Position numbers and translations under genes: made by a program. Below, in pieces: positions 9,298 to 19,500 of a DNA stretch of 64,000 bases (its first letter is position 1; each line of letters starts with the position of its first letter). The notes under the pieces are model-generated. The model did no database searches and had not been told where the DNA came from. It worked only from the letters and a program-made list of their open reading frames with translations. This DNA comes from Candidatus Methylomirabilia bacterium (lineage in GTDB: Bacteria > Methylomirabilota > Methylomirabilia > Rokubacteriales > CSP1-6): assembly GCA_041497895.1 (NCBI GenBank), contig JBGQHJ010000006.1, positions 1-64,000 on the forward strand, given 5' to 3'.

Positions 9298-10184
9298 CGC
9301 GATCCTCCTGCCGGCATGATGGCCGAGCCGGTCTGCGACTGCGGGTTGCGGAGCGGCCAGCGGCCGGCGTCCACCGCGGTGAGGAAGTCGAGCAGCGCGC
9401 GGTTGAAGAGGTCGGGGTCCTCCAGGTTGATGGTGTGGCCGGCCTTGGGGATGACCACGAGGCCCGACGAGCGGATCTTGCGCTTCATGAAGATGGCGGG
9501 CTCGAGGCACGGATCGTCCTCGTCGCCGGTCATGATCAGGGTCGGGACTTCCAAACGGCTCATCGCCGCCTCGAGGTCGAAGATGGACGGCCGCGACATC
9601 TGCACCCCCCGCATCGTCAGCGCGTGACCCTTCGCGGACTGGGCCGCGAACTGATCGTAGAACTCTTGCCAGCCCTTGGGGTCCTTGTCCATGAACTGCA
9701 CCCGGGTGGGTCCCTTGGTGTAGAAGGAGGCCACTCCCACCATGCCGTCGGTCTCGAAGCGCCGCGCCGTCTCGTCCACGTCCTTGCGGAAGCGCTCGCG
9801 CTCGCCCGGCACGCTGCCGTACCCCGCGCCCGCCACCGTGAGCGAGAGCGCGCGCTCGGGATGGCGCAGGCCGAAGTGCAGCACCGCGTAGCCGCCCATC
9901 GAGAGCCCGCAGACGTGCGCCTTCGAGATCTTCAGGTGGTCGAGGACTCCCAGGATGTCGTCGGCGGCCCGGTCCTGCGAGTAGGCCTCGGGCTTGTCGG
10001 GCACGTCGGAGGGGGGATAGCCGCGCGCGTTGTAGGCGATGGTGCGGTAGCGGCGGGCGAAGAAGCGCACCTGGAGGTGCCAACTCTGATAGTCGCCGGC
10101 GAACTCGTGGACGAAGATGAGGGGGGCGCCCTCGCCCGTCTCCTCGTAGAACAGCCTGACTCCGGCGACGTCGGCGAATGGCAT
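9294..10184 (-). CDS. Alpha/beta fold hydrolase
   Basis: FVHEFAGD, GLSMGG nucleophile elbow, GDEDD and AGHTINLE. Confidence 0.9.
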   Translation of the reverse strand: MPFADVAGVRLFYEETGEGAPLIFVHEFAGDYQSWHLQVRFFARRYRTIAYNARGYPPSDVPDKPEAYSQDRAADDILGVLDHLKISKAHVCGLSMGGYAVLHFGLRHPERALSLTVAGAGYGSVPGERERFRKDVDETARRFETDGMVGVASFYTKGPTRVQFMDKDPKGWQEFYDQFAAQSAKGHALTMRGVQMSRPSIFDLEAAMSRLEVPTLIMTGDEDDPCLEPAIFMKRKIRSSGLVVIPKAGHTINLEDPDLFNRALLDFLTAVDAGRWPLRNPQSQTGSAIMPAGGSR

Positions 10185-10203
10185 TGGCTCGGCTCCGGTT
10201 CGG

Positions 10204-10233
10204 TTGACAGCCCGTGCGGGATTGTACAACAAT
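10204..10233 (+). promoter_or_regulatory. Sigma70-type -35 plus palindromic operator candidate between divergent operons
   Basis: TTGACA at 10204-10209; ATTGT-ACA-ACAAT inverted repeat at 10221-10233 over the -10 region, resembling GntR-family boxes. Confidence 0.5.
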
Positions 10234-10305
10234 CGCCCACGCAGGCGAGCCTCAGCTGGCCGCGCAGTTCCCGTCGGGCCGAGCGCCCGGGAAAGGTTCC
10301 TGCCC

Positions 10306-11169
10306 ATGCGCACCACCACACGTCTCCGTCAGATGCTCCAGGCTCCCGGGATCATCGTGGCCCCCGGCGCCTACGACGGCTTCTCCGCGCGCCTGATCGA
10401 GGCGGCCGGCTTCCAGGCCGTCTACATGACGGGCGCGGGTACCGCCGCCTCGCACCTGGGCCAGCCCGACCTGGGCCTGGCCACGCTGACCGAGATGGCC
10501 AATCACGCGGGGCACCTCGCCTCCTGCGTGTCGCTGCCGGTGATCGCGGACGCCGACACCGGCTACGGCAACGCGCTCAACGTGGTGCGGACGGTGCGGG
10601 AGTACGAGAAGGCGGGGGTGGCGGGGCTGCACATCGAGGACCAGGTGTCGCCCAAGAAGTGCGGGCACATCGCGGGCAAGCAGGTGATCCCGACCGAGGA
10701 GTTCTGCGACAAGATCCGCGCCGCCTCCGAGTACCGCACCGATCCCGACTTCGTCATCATCGCCCGCACCGACGCCCGCGCGGTCACCTCGCTCGACGAC
10801 GCGATCGACCGCGGCAACCGCTACGCGGCGGCGGGCGCCGACGTCATCTTCTTCGAGGCGCCCCAGACCGAGGACGAGATCCGGCGGGTGGCGCGTGAGA
10901 TCAAGGCCCCGCTGCTCGCCAACATGGTGATCGGCGGCAAGACCCCCGCGATCAAGGTGTCGGAGCTCGAGCGCCTGGGCTTCAAGATGGTGATCTTCCC
11001 GGCGGTGTGCATGGCCGCCGCGGTGCCCGCGATGGAGAGGTCGCTCGCGTACCTCAAGGAACACGGCACCGACTGGCAGCCCGGCCCGGTGCTGAGCCCG
11101 ATGGACATCTTCCGCCGCGTGGGCTTCGACTGGTGGCACGCCATCGAGGAGAAGTTCGCGGGCCGCTGA
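10306..11169 (+). CDS. Isocitrate lyase/PEP mutase family lyase (PrpB or 2,3-dimethylmalate lyase-like)
   Basis: DADTGYG, HIEDQ, PKKCGH and IIARTDA motifs. Confidence 0.88.
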   Translation: MRTTTRLRQMLQAPGIIVAPGAYDGFSARLIEAAGFQAVYMTGAGTAASHLGQPDLGLATLTEMANHAGHLASCVSLPVIADADTGYGNALNVVRTVREYEKAGVAGLHIEDQVSPKKCGHIAGKQVIPTEEFCDKIRAASEYRTDPDFVIIARTDARAVTSLDDAIDRGNRYAAAGADVIFFEAPQTEDEIRRVAREIKAPLLANMVIGGKTPAIKVSELERLGFKMVIFPAVCMAAAVPAMERSLAYLKEHGTDWQPGPVLSPMDIFRRVGFDWWHAIEEKFAGR

Positions 11170-12569
11170 TGACGCCTCCACCCTTGACGATGTTCGAGAA
11201 GATCTGGCGGCGCCACGGGGTGGCGGAGGGCCCGGGCGGCCAGACCCTTCTCTACGTCGACCGCCACCTGCTGCACGAGGGCTCCACCCACGCCCTCGGA
11301 CGCCTCGAGCGGAAGGGCCGCCCGGTGCGCCGGCCGGAGGCGTGCGTGGCCACCGCCGACCACTACGTGCCGACCACGCCGGGCGTCGGGGAGATCGCGG
11401 ATCCCGAGGTGCGCCGGATGGTCGCGGACCTCGGCCGCCACACCGGGCGACTCGGCATCACCTTCTTCGGGCGCGGCGAGCCCCGGCAGGGCATCGTCCA
11501 CGTGATCGGCCCCGAGCAGGGCGTGACCCAGCCCGGCATCGTGCTCGTGTGCGGCGACTCGCACACCGCGACCCACGGAGCGTTCGGCGCGCTCGCCTTC
11601 GGCGTCGGCTCGACGGAGGTGGAGCACGTGCTCGCCACCCAGTGTCTCTGGCAGCGGAAGCCCCGCGTGATGCGGATCACGGTGACCGGCGCGCGGCCCT
11701 TCGGGGTGACGGCCAAGGACGTGATCCTCTCGATCATCGCCCGGATCGGCGCGGGCGGCGGGGTGGGTCACGCCATCGAGTACGCGGGGCCGGTCATCCG
11801 CTCCATGTCCATGGACGAGCGCATGACGGTCTGCAACATGTCCATCGAGGCCGGCGCGCGCGCGGGCATGGTCGCGCCCGACGAGAGCACCTTCGCGTAT
11901 CTGGAGGGCCGGCCGTTCGCGCCCCGAGGCGAGATGTGGGAGCGGGCGCTGACCTACTGGCGGACGCTGCCGTCCGATGTCGACGCCGTCTTCGACCGCG
12001 AGGTCACGCTCGACGCGGCCGAGATCGCACCGACCGTCACGTGGGGTACGAGCCCGCAGGACGCGCTGCCTATCACCGGGCACGTCCCGGATCCCGCCGC
12101 GATGAGCGACCCCGCGCGGCGCGCGAGCGCGGAGCGCGCGCTCGCCTACATGGGGCTGACCGCGGGGGCGCCGCTGGCGGGCACTCCGGTGAGCCGCGTG
12201 TTCATCGGCTCCTGCACCAACAGCCGCCTCGAGGATCTCCGCGCCGCCGCCGGCGTGGCGCGGGGCCGGCGGGCGACGGTGCCCGCGCTGGTGGTGCCGG
12301 GCTCGGGCGGGGTCAAGCGCGCCGCCGAGGCCGAGGGGCTCGATCGCGTCTTCACCGCCGCCGGCTTCGAGTGGCGCGAGCCGGGCTGCTCGATGTGCGT
12401 GGGCATGAACGGCGACACCGCGGCGGCGGGCGAGCGCGTGGCGAGCACCTCCAACCGCAACTTCGAGGGCCGCCAGGGCAAGGGCGCGCGCACCCACCTC
12501 ATGAGCCCGGCGATGGCCGCGGCCGCCGCGGTCACCGGGCGGCTCACCGACGTGCGAGCGCTCGCCTGA
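11169..12569 (+). CDS. leuC: LeuC/DmdA-type Fe-S dehydratase large subunit (divergent)
   Basis: [25 protein letters not shown] and [19 protein letters not shown] replaces the usual HEVTSPQAF. Confidence 0.8.
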   Translation: MTPPPLTMFEKIWRRHGVAEGPGGQTLLYVDRHLLHEGSTHALGRLERKGRPVRRPEACVATADHYVPTTPGVGEIADPEVRRMVADLGRHTGRLGITFFGRGEPRQGIVHVIGPEQGVTQPGIVLVCGDSHTATHGAFGALAFGVGSTEVEHVLATQCLWQRKPRVMRITVTGARPFGVTAKDVILSIIARIGAGGGVGHAIEYAGPVIRSMSMDERMTVCNMSIEAGARAGMVAPDESTFAYLEGRPFAPRGEMWERALTYWRTLPSDVDAVFDREVTLDAAEIAPTVTWGTSPQDALPITGHVPDPAAMSDPARRASAERALAYMGLTAGAPLAGTPVSRVFIGSCTNSRLEDLRAAAGVARGRRATVPALVVPGSGGVKRAAEAEGLDRVFTAAGFEWREPGCSMCVGMNGDTAAAGERVASTSNRNFEGRQGKGARTHLMSPAMAAAAAVTGRLTDVRALA

Positions 12570-12578
12570 GGGCCGGCC

Positions 12579-13187
12579 ATGGAACCGTTCGTTCGCTTCA
12601 CCGCGGTGGCGGCGCCGATGGACCTGCCCAACCTCGACACCGACCGCATCATCCCGGCCCGCTTCCTGCGCCGGCCTCGTGAGAGCGGCTACGGGCCGCT
12701 GCTCTTCCACGACGTGCGCTTCGACGCGGGCGGGCAGGAGCGGGCCGACTTCGTGCTGAACCACCCCGCGTTCCGCGGCGCCGGCGTGCTGGTGACCGCG
12801 GAGAACTTCGGCTGCGGCTCCTCGCGCGAGATGGCGGTGTGGGCGCTGCTCGACTACGGCATCCGGGTGGTGATCGGCCCGAGCTTCGGCGACATCTTCT
12901 TCGAGAACTGCTTCAAGAACGGCGCGCTCGCGGTGGTGGTGCCGGCCGAGACCGCGGCCGGGCTGCGCCGCCTGCTCGCCGAGCGGCCGGGCGCCACCCT
13001 GACCGTGGACCTGGAGGCCCAGACGATCGCGGGGGCCGACGGCCCGGCGATCCGGTTCGAGGTGGACGCCTTCCGCAAGCACGGACTGCTCACGGGACGG
13101 GACGAGCTGGCGCTGACGCTCGAGCAGCTTCCCGCCATCGAGGCCTTCGAGGCGCGGCGTCGCGTCGAGATGCCCTGGCTTGGCTGA
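12579..13187 (+). CDS. leuD: LeuD/DmdB-type dehydratase small subunit
   Basis: DTDRIIPARFL, NFGCGSSRE and SFGDIFFENCFKNG. Confidence 0.82.
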   Translation: MEPFVRFTAVAAPMDLPNLDTDRIIPARFLRRPRESGYGPLLFHDVRFDAGGQERADFVLNHPAFRGAGVLVTAENFGCGSSREMAVWALLDYGIRVVIGPSFGDIFFENCFKNGALAVVVPAETAAGLRRLLAERPGATLTVDLEAQTIAGADGPAIRFEVDAFRKHGLLTGRDELALTLEQLPAIEAFEARRRVEMPWLG

Positions 13188-13599
13188 TCGTCCGGGCGTG
13201 CTCGTGGTGTTTTTCGTGCTGACCTGGCTGACCGGGCTGTCGCTCGCGGCCGCCTTCGCGACCGCCGCGTACGGCTTCGGGCGCATGTCGGAGCCGGAGC
13301 GCACCGACCTGATCAGCCTGGCCATCTTCGGAGTGATGGGGCTCGCCTCGCAGGCGGGGTTGCTGCTGGCCCCGTGGGCGGTGACCCGTGGCTCCACCCC
13401 GCGGATCATCGCGGCGCTGCTCATGGCGCCCTCCGGCGTGTTCCTCAGCATCTTCGCGTACGAGGGTTTCACGCGGTACGCGGCGGGGGCGCCGATCTGG
13501 GCGGTGGCGTGGACGGTGTACCTCTGCGGGGTGCTGGTCTACGTGGCGGCCTTCGTGGCGCTGGGGCGTGGGCGGTTCGGCCGGCAGGGGAGCGAGTAG
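13180..13599 (+). CDS. Hypothetical membrane protein (about 4 TM; start uncertain)
   Basis: Hydrophobic ORF filling the gap between leuD and the imuA promoter. Confidence 0.5.
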   Translation: MADRPGVLVVFFVLTWLTGLSLAAAFATAAYGFGRMSEPERTDLISLAIFGVMGLASQAGLLLAPWAVTRGSTPRIIAALLMAPSGVFLSIFAYEGFTRYAAGAPIWAVAWTVYLCGVLVYVAAFVALGRGRFGRQGSE

Positions 13600-13647
13600 C
13601 CCCCGTATCTAGTGGTAGCCAGGGTTCTCCCACCCTGTATTTTGTTG

Positions 13648-13677
13648 TTGAAACATACTAAACAAGTGACGCGTAAT
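13648..13677 (+). promoter_or_regulatory. Candidate promoter of the imu cassette
   Basis: AT-rich island; TTGAAA-N18-CGTAAT, 8 nt before the imuA ATG. Confidence 0.45.
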
Positions 13678-13685
13678 TGGTGCCG

Positions 13686-14363
13686 ATGGGCATCCCGATC
13701 GAGTCCTCACCTCCGCCAGGGTGGGAGCGCGAAGGGATCGACGGCCTGCTCGGCCTGTTCACGCCGGGCCGGCTCAGCGAGATCGTCGGTCCCCGGTCCT
13801 CCGGAGCGAGTAGCCTGCTCCTGGCCCTCATCGCCCGGATCACGACTTCGGATAACGGCAGGGGTAGAAGCAGGGGCAGCCGCGAGGGGGGTGGCCAGGT
13901 GGCGTTCGTGGACGGCATGGACGCGCTCGACCCCACGTCCATCGCCGCGGCGGGCGCCGATCTCTCGGCCTTGCTCTGGGTGCGCTGCGGTGGCCGCCTG
14001 CGGGTGGCCCTCAGCGCCGCCGATCTGCTCGCCCGCTGCCCGGGTTTTGCCCTGGTCGTGCTGGACCTGGACGACCTCGGCCCGGTGCCCGCCTCGGCGT
14101 CCATCCGGCTCCAGCGTGCGGTGGAAGGCACCGACACCATCTTGATTGTGCGCAGCGAGCGGCATCGCGAGGGTAGCCCCGCCTCGCTAGTGCTGGCCAC
14201 GCGGCGCCTGGCTCCTCGGTGGATGGGCCTGCGTCAGCTCACCCGCCTGGCCGGCCTTCGCTCCGAGGTCTCCATCTCTCGCTCCCGCCTCTATCCCCTC
14301 TCTCCCCTGGGGAGAGGGCCGGGTGAGGGGAGCTGGACCCTCGACTGGACCTTGAGCCAATGA
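13686..14363 (+). CDS. imuA: ImuA-like RecA/RadA-fold mutasome accessory protein
   Basis: GIDGLLG...GRLSEIVGPRSSGASS (Walker A without Lys), DALDP...AAAGADLSALLWVR; first gene before imuB and dnaE2. Confidence 0.75.
   Translation: MGIPIESSPPPGWEREGIDGLLGLFTPGRLSEIVGPRSSGASSLLLALIARITTSDNGRGRSRGSREGGGQVAFVDGMDALDPTSIAAAGADLSALLWVRCGGRLRVALSAADLLARCPGFALVVLDLDDLGPVPASASIRLQRAVEGTDTILIVRSERHREGSPASLVLATRRLAPRWMGLRQLTRLAGLRSEVSISRSRLYPLSPLGRGPGEGSWTLDWTLSQ
14295..14330 (+). repeat. Family B hairpin repeat copy 1 (in imuA C-terminus)
   Basis: CTCTCCCC-T-GGGGAGAG followed by GGCCGGGTGAGGGG; read as PLSPLGRGPGEG. Confidence 0.8.
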
Positions 14364-15664
14364 CCCGCATCGCCTGTCTCCTGCTGACGAACGATCTCCC
14401 CGATCATGCCGCCCTTCTCCAGGTCGCGCTGGCCCACTCGCCCCGGGTGGAAGAGACCGGTGCCGGCTGCGTCTACCTCGACGCATCGGGTCTCCAGGGT
14501 CTCTTCGGCGACGAGCCCCACCTGGCCGAGCGGCTCCGTGACGCTGCCGCCGCGAGGGGGCTCGCGATCCGGGTAGGCATCGCAGCGAGCCGGATGGGCG
14601 CCCTGGCCGCCGCCCGCCTCGGATCGGGGGTGATGGTCGTGGAGCCGGGCGGCGCCGCCGCCCTGGCCGCGGCGCCGCTGTCGCTCCTGACCCTCTCCGA
14701 AGACCTGACGACCCGGCTCGCGCGCTGGGGGCTGCGCACGCTCGGAGAGCTGGCGGCCCTGCCCACCGCGGGGTTGTTCGAGCGGGCCGGGGCCGAGGGC
14801 GTGCATGCCCAGCGGCTGGCCCGCGGCGAGGACCCGCGCCCGCTCGCTTCCTGGCGGCCCGTCCCGGCCTTCGAGGAGTCGGTGGAATGCGAGTGGGGCC
14901 TGGAGACGCTCGAGCCGGTGGTGGAGCGCCTGGGCGAGATGGCCGCTCGCGTCTGCGGCCGCCTCGACGCGCGCGGGCTCGCGGCCGACGGCTTCGAGTG
15001 GGTTTGCCGGCTCGCCGCCGGCCCCCCGCACGAGGGCGCGCTCACTCCCGCCGTGCCGCTGACCGAGGCCGTCGCGGTGACCGGCCTGCTCCGCCTGGCG
15101 CTGGAAGCGCGGCCACCGCGCGGCATCGTGGAAGGGCTCACGCTGCGGGTCCGGCCGGTCCGGATGGCGCCGGCCCAGGAGTCGCTCACCGATCCTTCAC
15201 GTCCGAGCCCACGGTTCCTCGCGGCCACCATGAATCGCCTGGCCGCGCTGGTGGGCTCGGACCGCATAGGCGCTCCGGCGCTGCTCGACAGCCATCGCCC
15301 CGACGCCGTGGGCCTGGGCACCTATGCGCCTTCTCCCTCTCCCCTCAGGGGAGAGGGTAGGGTGAGGGGTGGGACGGTGAGGGGTGGGACGGTGAGGGGT
15401 GCCGCCCCCGTCCTCGCCCTGCGCCGCCTCCGCCCCCCGGCTCCAGCCGCGGTCACCCTCGCCTCCGGTCGCCCGGTCGCCATGCGCTCGAGCCGTCTCG
15501 CCGGGCGTATCGTGGCCGGCGTGGGACCGTGGCGGTCGTCGGGAGAATGGTGGACCACGCATCCGTGGCTGCAGGACGAGTGGGACGTGGAGCTGGCCGA
15601 CGGCACGCTCTGCCGCCTGGCCCACGACGGCTCCGCCTGGCATCTCGCCGGCATCTACGACTGA
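14360..15664 (+). CDS. imuB: ImuB-like inactive Y-family polymerase
   Basis: SPRVE...YLDASGLQGLFG, HhH WGLRTLGELAAL, C-terminal GPWRSSGEWW...LAGIYD; no catalytic palm motif recognised; ATGA overlap with imuA. Confidence 0.85.
   Translation: MTRIACLLLTNDLPDHAALLQVALAHSPRVEETGAGCVYLDASGLQGLFGDEPHLAERLRDAAAARGLAIRVGIAASRMGALAAARLGSGVMVVEPGGAAALAAAPLSLLTLSEDLTTRLARWGLRTLGELAALPTAGLFERAGAEGVHAQRLARGEDPRPLASWRPVPAFEESVECEWGLETLEPVVERLGEMAARVCGRLDARGLAADGFEWVCRLAAGPPHEGALTPAVPLTEAVAVTGLLRLALEARPPRGIVEGLTLRVRPVRMAPAQESLTDPSRPSPRFLAATMNRLAALVGSDRIGAPALLDSHRPDAVGLGTYAPSPSPLRGEGRVRGGTVRGGTVRGAAPVLALRRLRPPAPAAVTLASGRPVAMRSSRLAGRIVAGVGPWRSSGEWWTTHPWLQDEWDVELADGTLCRLAHDGSAWHLAGIYD
15335..15369 (+). repeat. 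Family B hairpin repeat copy 2 (in-frame in imuB linker)
   Basis: CCCTCTCCCC-TCA-GGGGAGAGGG-TAGGGTGAGGGG; read as PSPLRGEGRVRG. Confidence 0.88.
15361..15401 (+). repeat. 15-bp tandem repeat GGTGAGGGGTGGGAC x2.7
   Basis: Units at 15361, 15376 and 15391 (partial); encodes VRGGT repeats. Confidence 0.9.
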
Positions 15665-16554
15665 TGGGCGCCTCGCCCGCCCGTCCCACCGTGACGGTCC
15701 TCGTCACGGACATGGACAACACCCTCTTCGACTGGCTCGGGATGTGGCAGGCCGCGTTCGGAGCGATGCTCGAGCGGCTCGTCGCCGACAGCGGGGTGCC
15801 GCGCGAGACGCTCGAGGAGGAGTTCTTCGCCCTCCACCAGCGCCACGGCACCACCGAGTACGCCTTCGCGATCCAGGAGCTGCCGTCGCTCCGCGCCCGC
15901 CACCCTCCCGAGGAGCTCCCGCCCCGGTACGCCGCGGCCATCGAGGCCTACCGCACGATGCGGCGCCGGACCCTCGCGCTCTACCCCGGCGTGCTCGACA
16001 CCCTGCGGGCGGTCCGGGCCGCGGGGGCGCTGGTCGTGGCGTACACGGAGTCCCGCGCGTACTACGCCGACTACCGGGTGCGGACGCTCGGTCTCGACGG
16101 CGCGCTCGACTATCTCTACTCGCTGCCGGACCATGCGCTCCCCGAGGGCACGACGCCATCGCAGATCCGGCGCTACCCGCCCGAGCACTACCGTCTCCGC
16201 TCGACGGTGCATCGCCACACGCGCGAGGACGCGTGGAAGCCCGACGCCTCCGTCCTCCTCGAGATCCTGCGCGACGTCGGCGCCGAGCCCGGCCGGGCGG
16301 TCTACGTGGGAGACAGCCTGGTCAAGGACGTGACGATGGCCCAGGCCGCGTCGGTCGTGGACGTCTTCGCCCGATACGGCGACGTCCGGAGCCGTCCGGG
16401 CTACGCCCTGCTGCGCCGGGTCACGCACTGGTCGCCCGCGATGATGGCCCGCTCCGAGGCGCTCCGCGAGGCCGACGTCCACCCCACGCATGTCCTCGTC
16501 GACGGCTTCGCCGAGCTCCTCGCGCTCGTGGACTTCCGCCACTTCACGGTCTGA
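15664..16554 (+). CDS. HAD-superfamily hydrolase embedded in the imu cassette
   Basis: LVTDMDNTLFDW (DxDxT), YTES motif II, WKPD and YVGDSLVKD; ATG overlaps the imuB TGA; ends 3 nt before the dnaE2 GTG. Confidence 0.88.
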   Translation: MGASPARPTVTVLVTDMDNTLFDWLGMWQAAFGAMLERLVADSGVPRETLEEEFFALHQRHGTTEYAFAIQELPSLRARHPPEELPPRYAAAIEAYRTMRRRTLALYPGVLDTLRAVRAAGALVVAYTESRAYYADYRVRTLGLDGALDYLYSLPDHALPEGTTPSQIRRYPPEHYRLRSTVHRHTREDAWKPDASVLLEILRDVGAEPGRAVYVGDSLVKDVTMAQAASVVDVFARYGDVRSRPGYALLRRVTHWSPAMMARSEALREADVHPTHVLVDGFAELLALVDFRHFTV

Positions 16555-16557
16555 GCC

Positions 16558-19500
16558 GTGTTCGTCGAGCTGCACGCCCGGAGCGCCTTCAGCTTTCTCG
16601 AGGCCGCCGCGCTGCCGGAGGCGCTGGCCGAGCGGGCCGCCGCGCTCGGTCAGCCCGGCATCGCCCTCCTCGACGCCGACGGCGTCTACGGCGCGCCCCG
16701 GCTCTACCGGGCGTGCACCCGGCTCGGGCTCTCCGCGCTGGTGGGCGCGGAGGTCACGCTGGCCGACGGCAGCCGCCTGCCGCTGCTGGTGGAGGACCGC
16801 GAGGGTTACCAGAACCTCTGCCGCCTGCTCACCCGGGTCAAGATGCGGGCCCCGAAGGGCGAGGGTGCGGCCACCCTCGACGAGCTCTCCGAGTACGCGG
16901 GCGGGCTCGTCTGCCTCACCGGCGGGGGGCGGGGGCCGGTGGCCGCCGCGCTCGAGCGCGACGGCGCGCCCGCCGGGCGGCGCCTCGTCGAGCGTCTCGT
17001 CTCGATCTACGGCCGTTTCAACGTCTTCGCGGAGCTGCAGCGCCACCTGAGCCGTGCCGAGGAAGCCGGCAACGAGTGGGTGCGCGCCGAGGCCCAGCGC
17101 CTGCGCCTGACCCCGCTCGCCACCAACGAGCCCCGGCTGATCGCGCGGCGCGCCCGCCCGCTGCTCGACGCGCTCACGTGTATCCGCGAGCACGTCACGC
17201 TCGAGGCCGCGGGCCGACGGCTCGCACGCAACAGCGAGCACTTCATGAAGAGCGGGGCCACCATGGAGCGGCTCTTCGCCGACTGCCCCGAGGCGGTGGC
17301 CAACACCGGCGAGCTCGCCCTGCGGCTCGGCTTCACCCTGAAGGACCTGGGCTACCGCTTCCCGGACTATCCGCTGCCGCGCGGGGAGACCCCGATCGGC
17401 TTCCTGCGCACGCTCGCCCACGCGGGCGCGCGCACCCGCTACGGCGGAGGTCCCCTCGCCGGGAAGGCGCGGCGGCAGATCGAGCACGAGCTGGCCCTGA
17501 TCGAGCGGCTCGACCTGGCCGGCTACTTCCTCATCGTCTGGGACCTGGTGCAGTACTGCGGGGCCCACGGCGTGCTGGTACAGGGGCGCGGCTCCGCGGC
17601 CAACAGCGCGGTGTGCTACGCCCTCGGTCTCACCGCGGTGGACCCGGTCGGCATGGAGCTGCTCTTCGAGCGCTTCCTCTCCGAGGAGCGCGGGGAGTGG
17701 CCCGACATCGACCTCGACCTGCCGAGCGGCGACCGCCGCGAGCAGGTGATCCAGTACGTCTACGAGCGCTACGGCCGGCTGGGGGCGGCGATGACCGCGA
17801 ACGTGATCACCTACCGCGGACGCAGCGCGGCCCGCGAGATCGGCAAGGTGCTGGGCCTGCCCGCCGACGTGATCGAGCGCCTCTCCCAGCTCGTGAGCAA
17901 CTGGGAGTACAACGATCCGGGCGACAGCCTGCTCGCGCACCTCGGCGAGGCGGGCTGCGATCCGGCCGAGCCGCGCGTCCAGCACTTCGCCCGGCTCTGG
18001 AGCGCCATCCAGGACCTGCCGCGGCATCTCGGCCAGCACTCGGGCGGCATGGTGATCGCCCAGGGCCGGCTCGACGGGGTGGTGCCGCTCGAGCCGGCCA
18101 CCATGCCCGGGCGCAGCGTGGTGCAGTGGGACAAGGACGACTGCGCCGCGCTCGGCATCGTCAAGGTGGACCTGCTGGGGCTCGGCATGATGTCGCTGCT
18201 CCAGGACGCGCTCGAGATGATCCGCCGTCGCGGCGGGGAGGTGGACCTGGCCCATCTGCCCCAGGACCCGAAGGTCTACCGCATGCTCCAGGCGGCGGAC
18301 ACCATCGGCGTCTTCCAGGTGGAGAGCCGCGCCCAGATGGCCACGCTCCCGCGCCTGCGGCCGGAGCGCTTCTACGACCTGGTGGTGCAGGTGGCCATCA
18401 TTCGCCCCGGCCCCATCGTGGGGGACATGGTGCATCCCTACCTGCGTCGACGCGCGGGACGGGAGGAGATCACGGTGCCGCACCCGGCGCTCGAGCCCAT
18501 CCTGAAGCGCACGCTCGGGGTACCGCTCTTCCAGGAGCAGCTGCTGCGCATGGCGATGGCCACCGCCGGCTTCACCGGGGGCGAGGCCGAGGAGCTGCGG
18601 CGGGCCTTCGGCTTCAAGCGCTCGGAGCGCGCCATGAAGGAGGTGGAGCTGAAGCTCCGCGCGGGCATGGCCCGGCAGGGCATCTCGGGCGACGCGGCGG
18701 AGGCCATCATCCACTCCATCACCGCCTTCGCGCTCTACGGCTTCCCGGAGTGCGTCGCGGGCGACACCCGCGTCATCGACGCCGAGACCGGGCGCCGGGT
18801 CCGCATCGAGGACGTGGTGGAAGGCCGGGCGTCCCTGGGCCATACCCTGGCCTGTGATCCGGATCTGAAGATCCGGACGCGCCGGGTCCTCGCCGCGACC
18901 CCGAGCGGATCGCGGATGGTGTATCGGCTCCGCACCTTCCTGGGGCGGGAGGTGGTGACCACCCCGGAGCACCTGCTCCTCACCGAGAAGGGCTGGCGGC
19001 CACTGGGGAGTCTCCAGTTCGACGATCACGTGGCGACGGCGGAGGCGGACGCGTCGGGCGTCGGCTGGGATTGCGTGATGAGCGTGGAGCCCGCGGGGAT
19101 GAGCCCCACTTACGACCTCGCGGTGGAGGAGGATCACAACTTCGTCGCCGACGGCCTGATCGTGCACAACTCGCACGCGGCGAGCTTCGCGCTGCTCGCG
19201 TACGCGAGCGCGTATCTCAAGGCGTATCATCCGGCCGCGTTCTACGCCGCGCTGCTCAACAACCAGCCGATGGGCTTCTACGATCCGGCCACCATCGTGA
19301 ACGACGCGGGCCGGCACGGGCAGGTGATCCACCCCGCCGACGTCAACTACTCGGGCTGGCTCTGTACCATTGAATCCACGGGCTCGCCGGCCGGGGCGGT
19401 GCGCCTGGGGCTGCGCTACGTGCGCGGGCTGCGGGAGGAAGCGGGCCTCCGCCTCGAGGCGGAGCGGAAGCGGCGACCCTTCGCCTCGGTGGAGGACCTG

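Noticed and set aside
8131..10083. 650-aa ORF suggesting an N-terminally extended CoA transferase
   Set aside because: The extension is an alternate frame of the hydrolase; the real start is ATG 9297 with ATGA overlap
10306..11169. PEP mutase implying phosphonate biosynthesis
   Set aside because: It has the lyase motif EDQ...KKCGH rather than the PepM EDKxxxxxNS motif
13845..13895. G-rich insert in imuA (DNGRGRSRGSREGG)
   Set aside because: Possibly a decayed repeat, but it does not align with family A or B
15655..19332. 1225-aa minus-strand ORF and 1152-aa off-frame ORF (15399-18857) over HAD/dnaE2
   Set aside because: Shadow ORFs typical of high-GC DNA; no motifs, and they overlap well-supported genes
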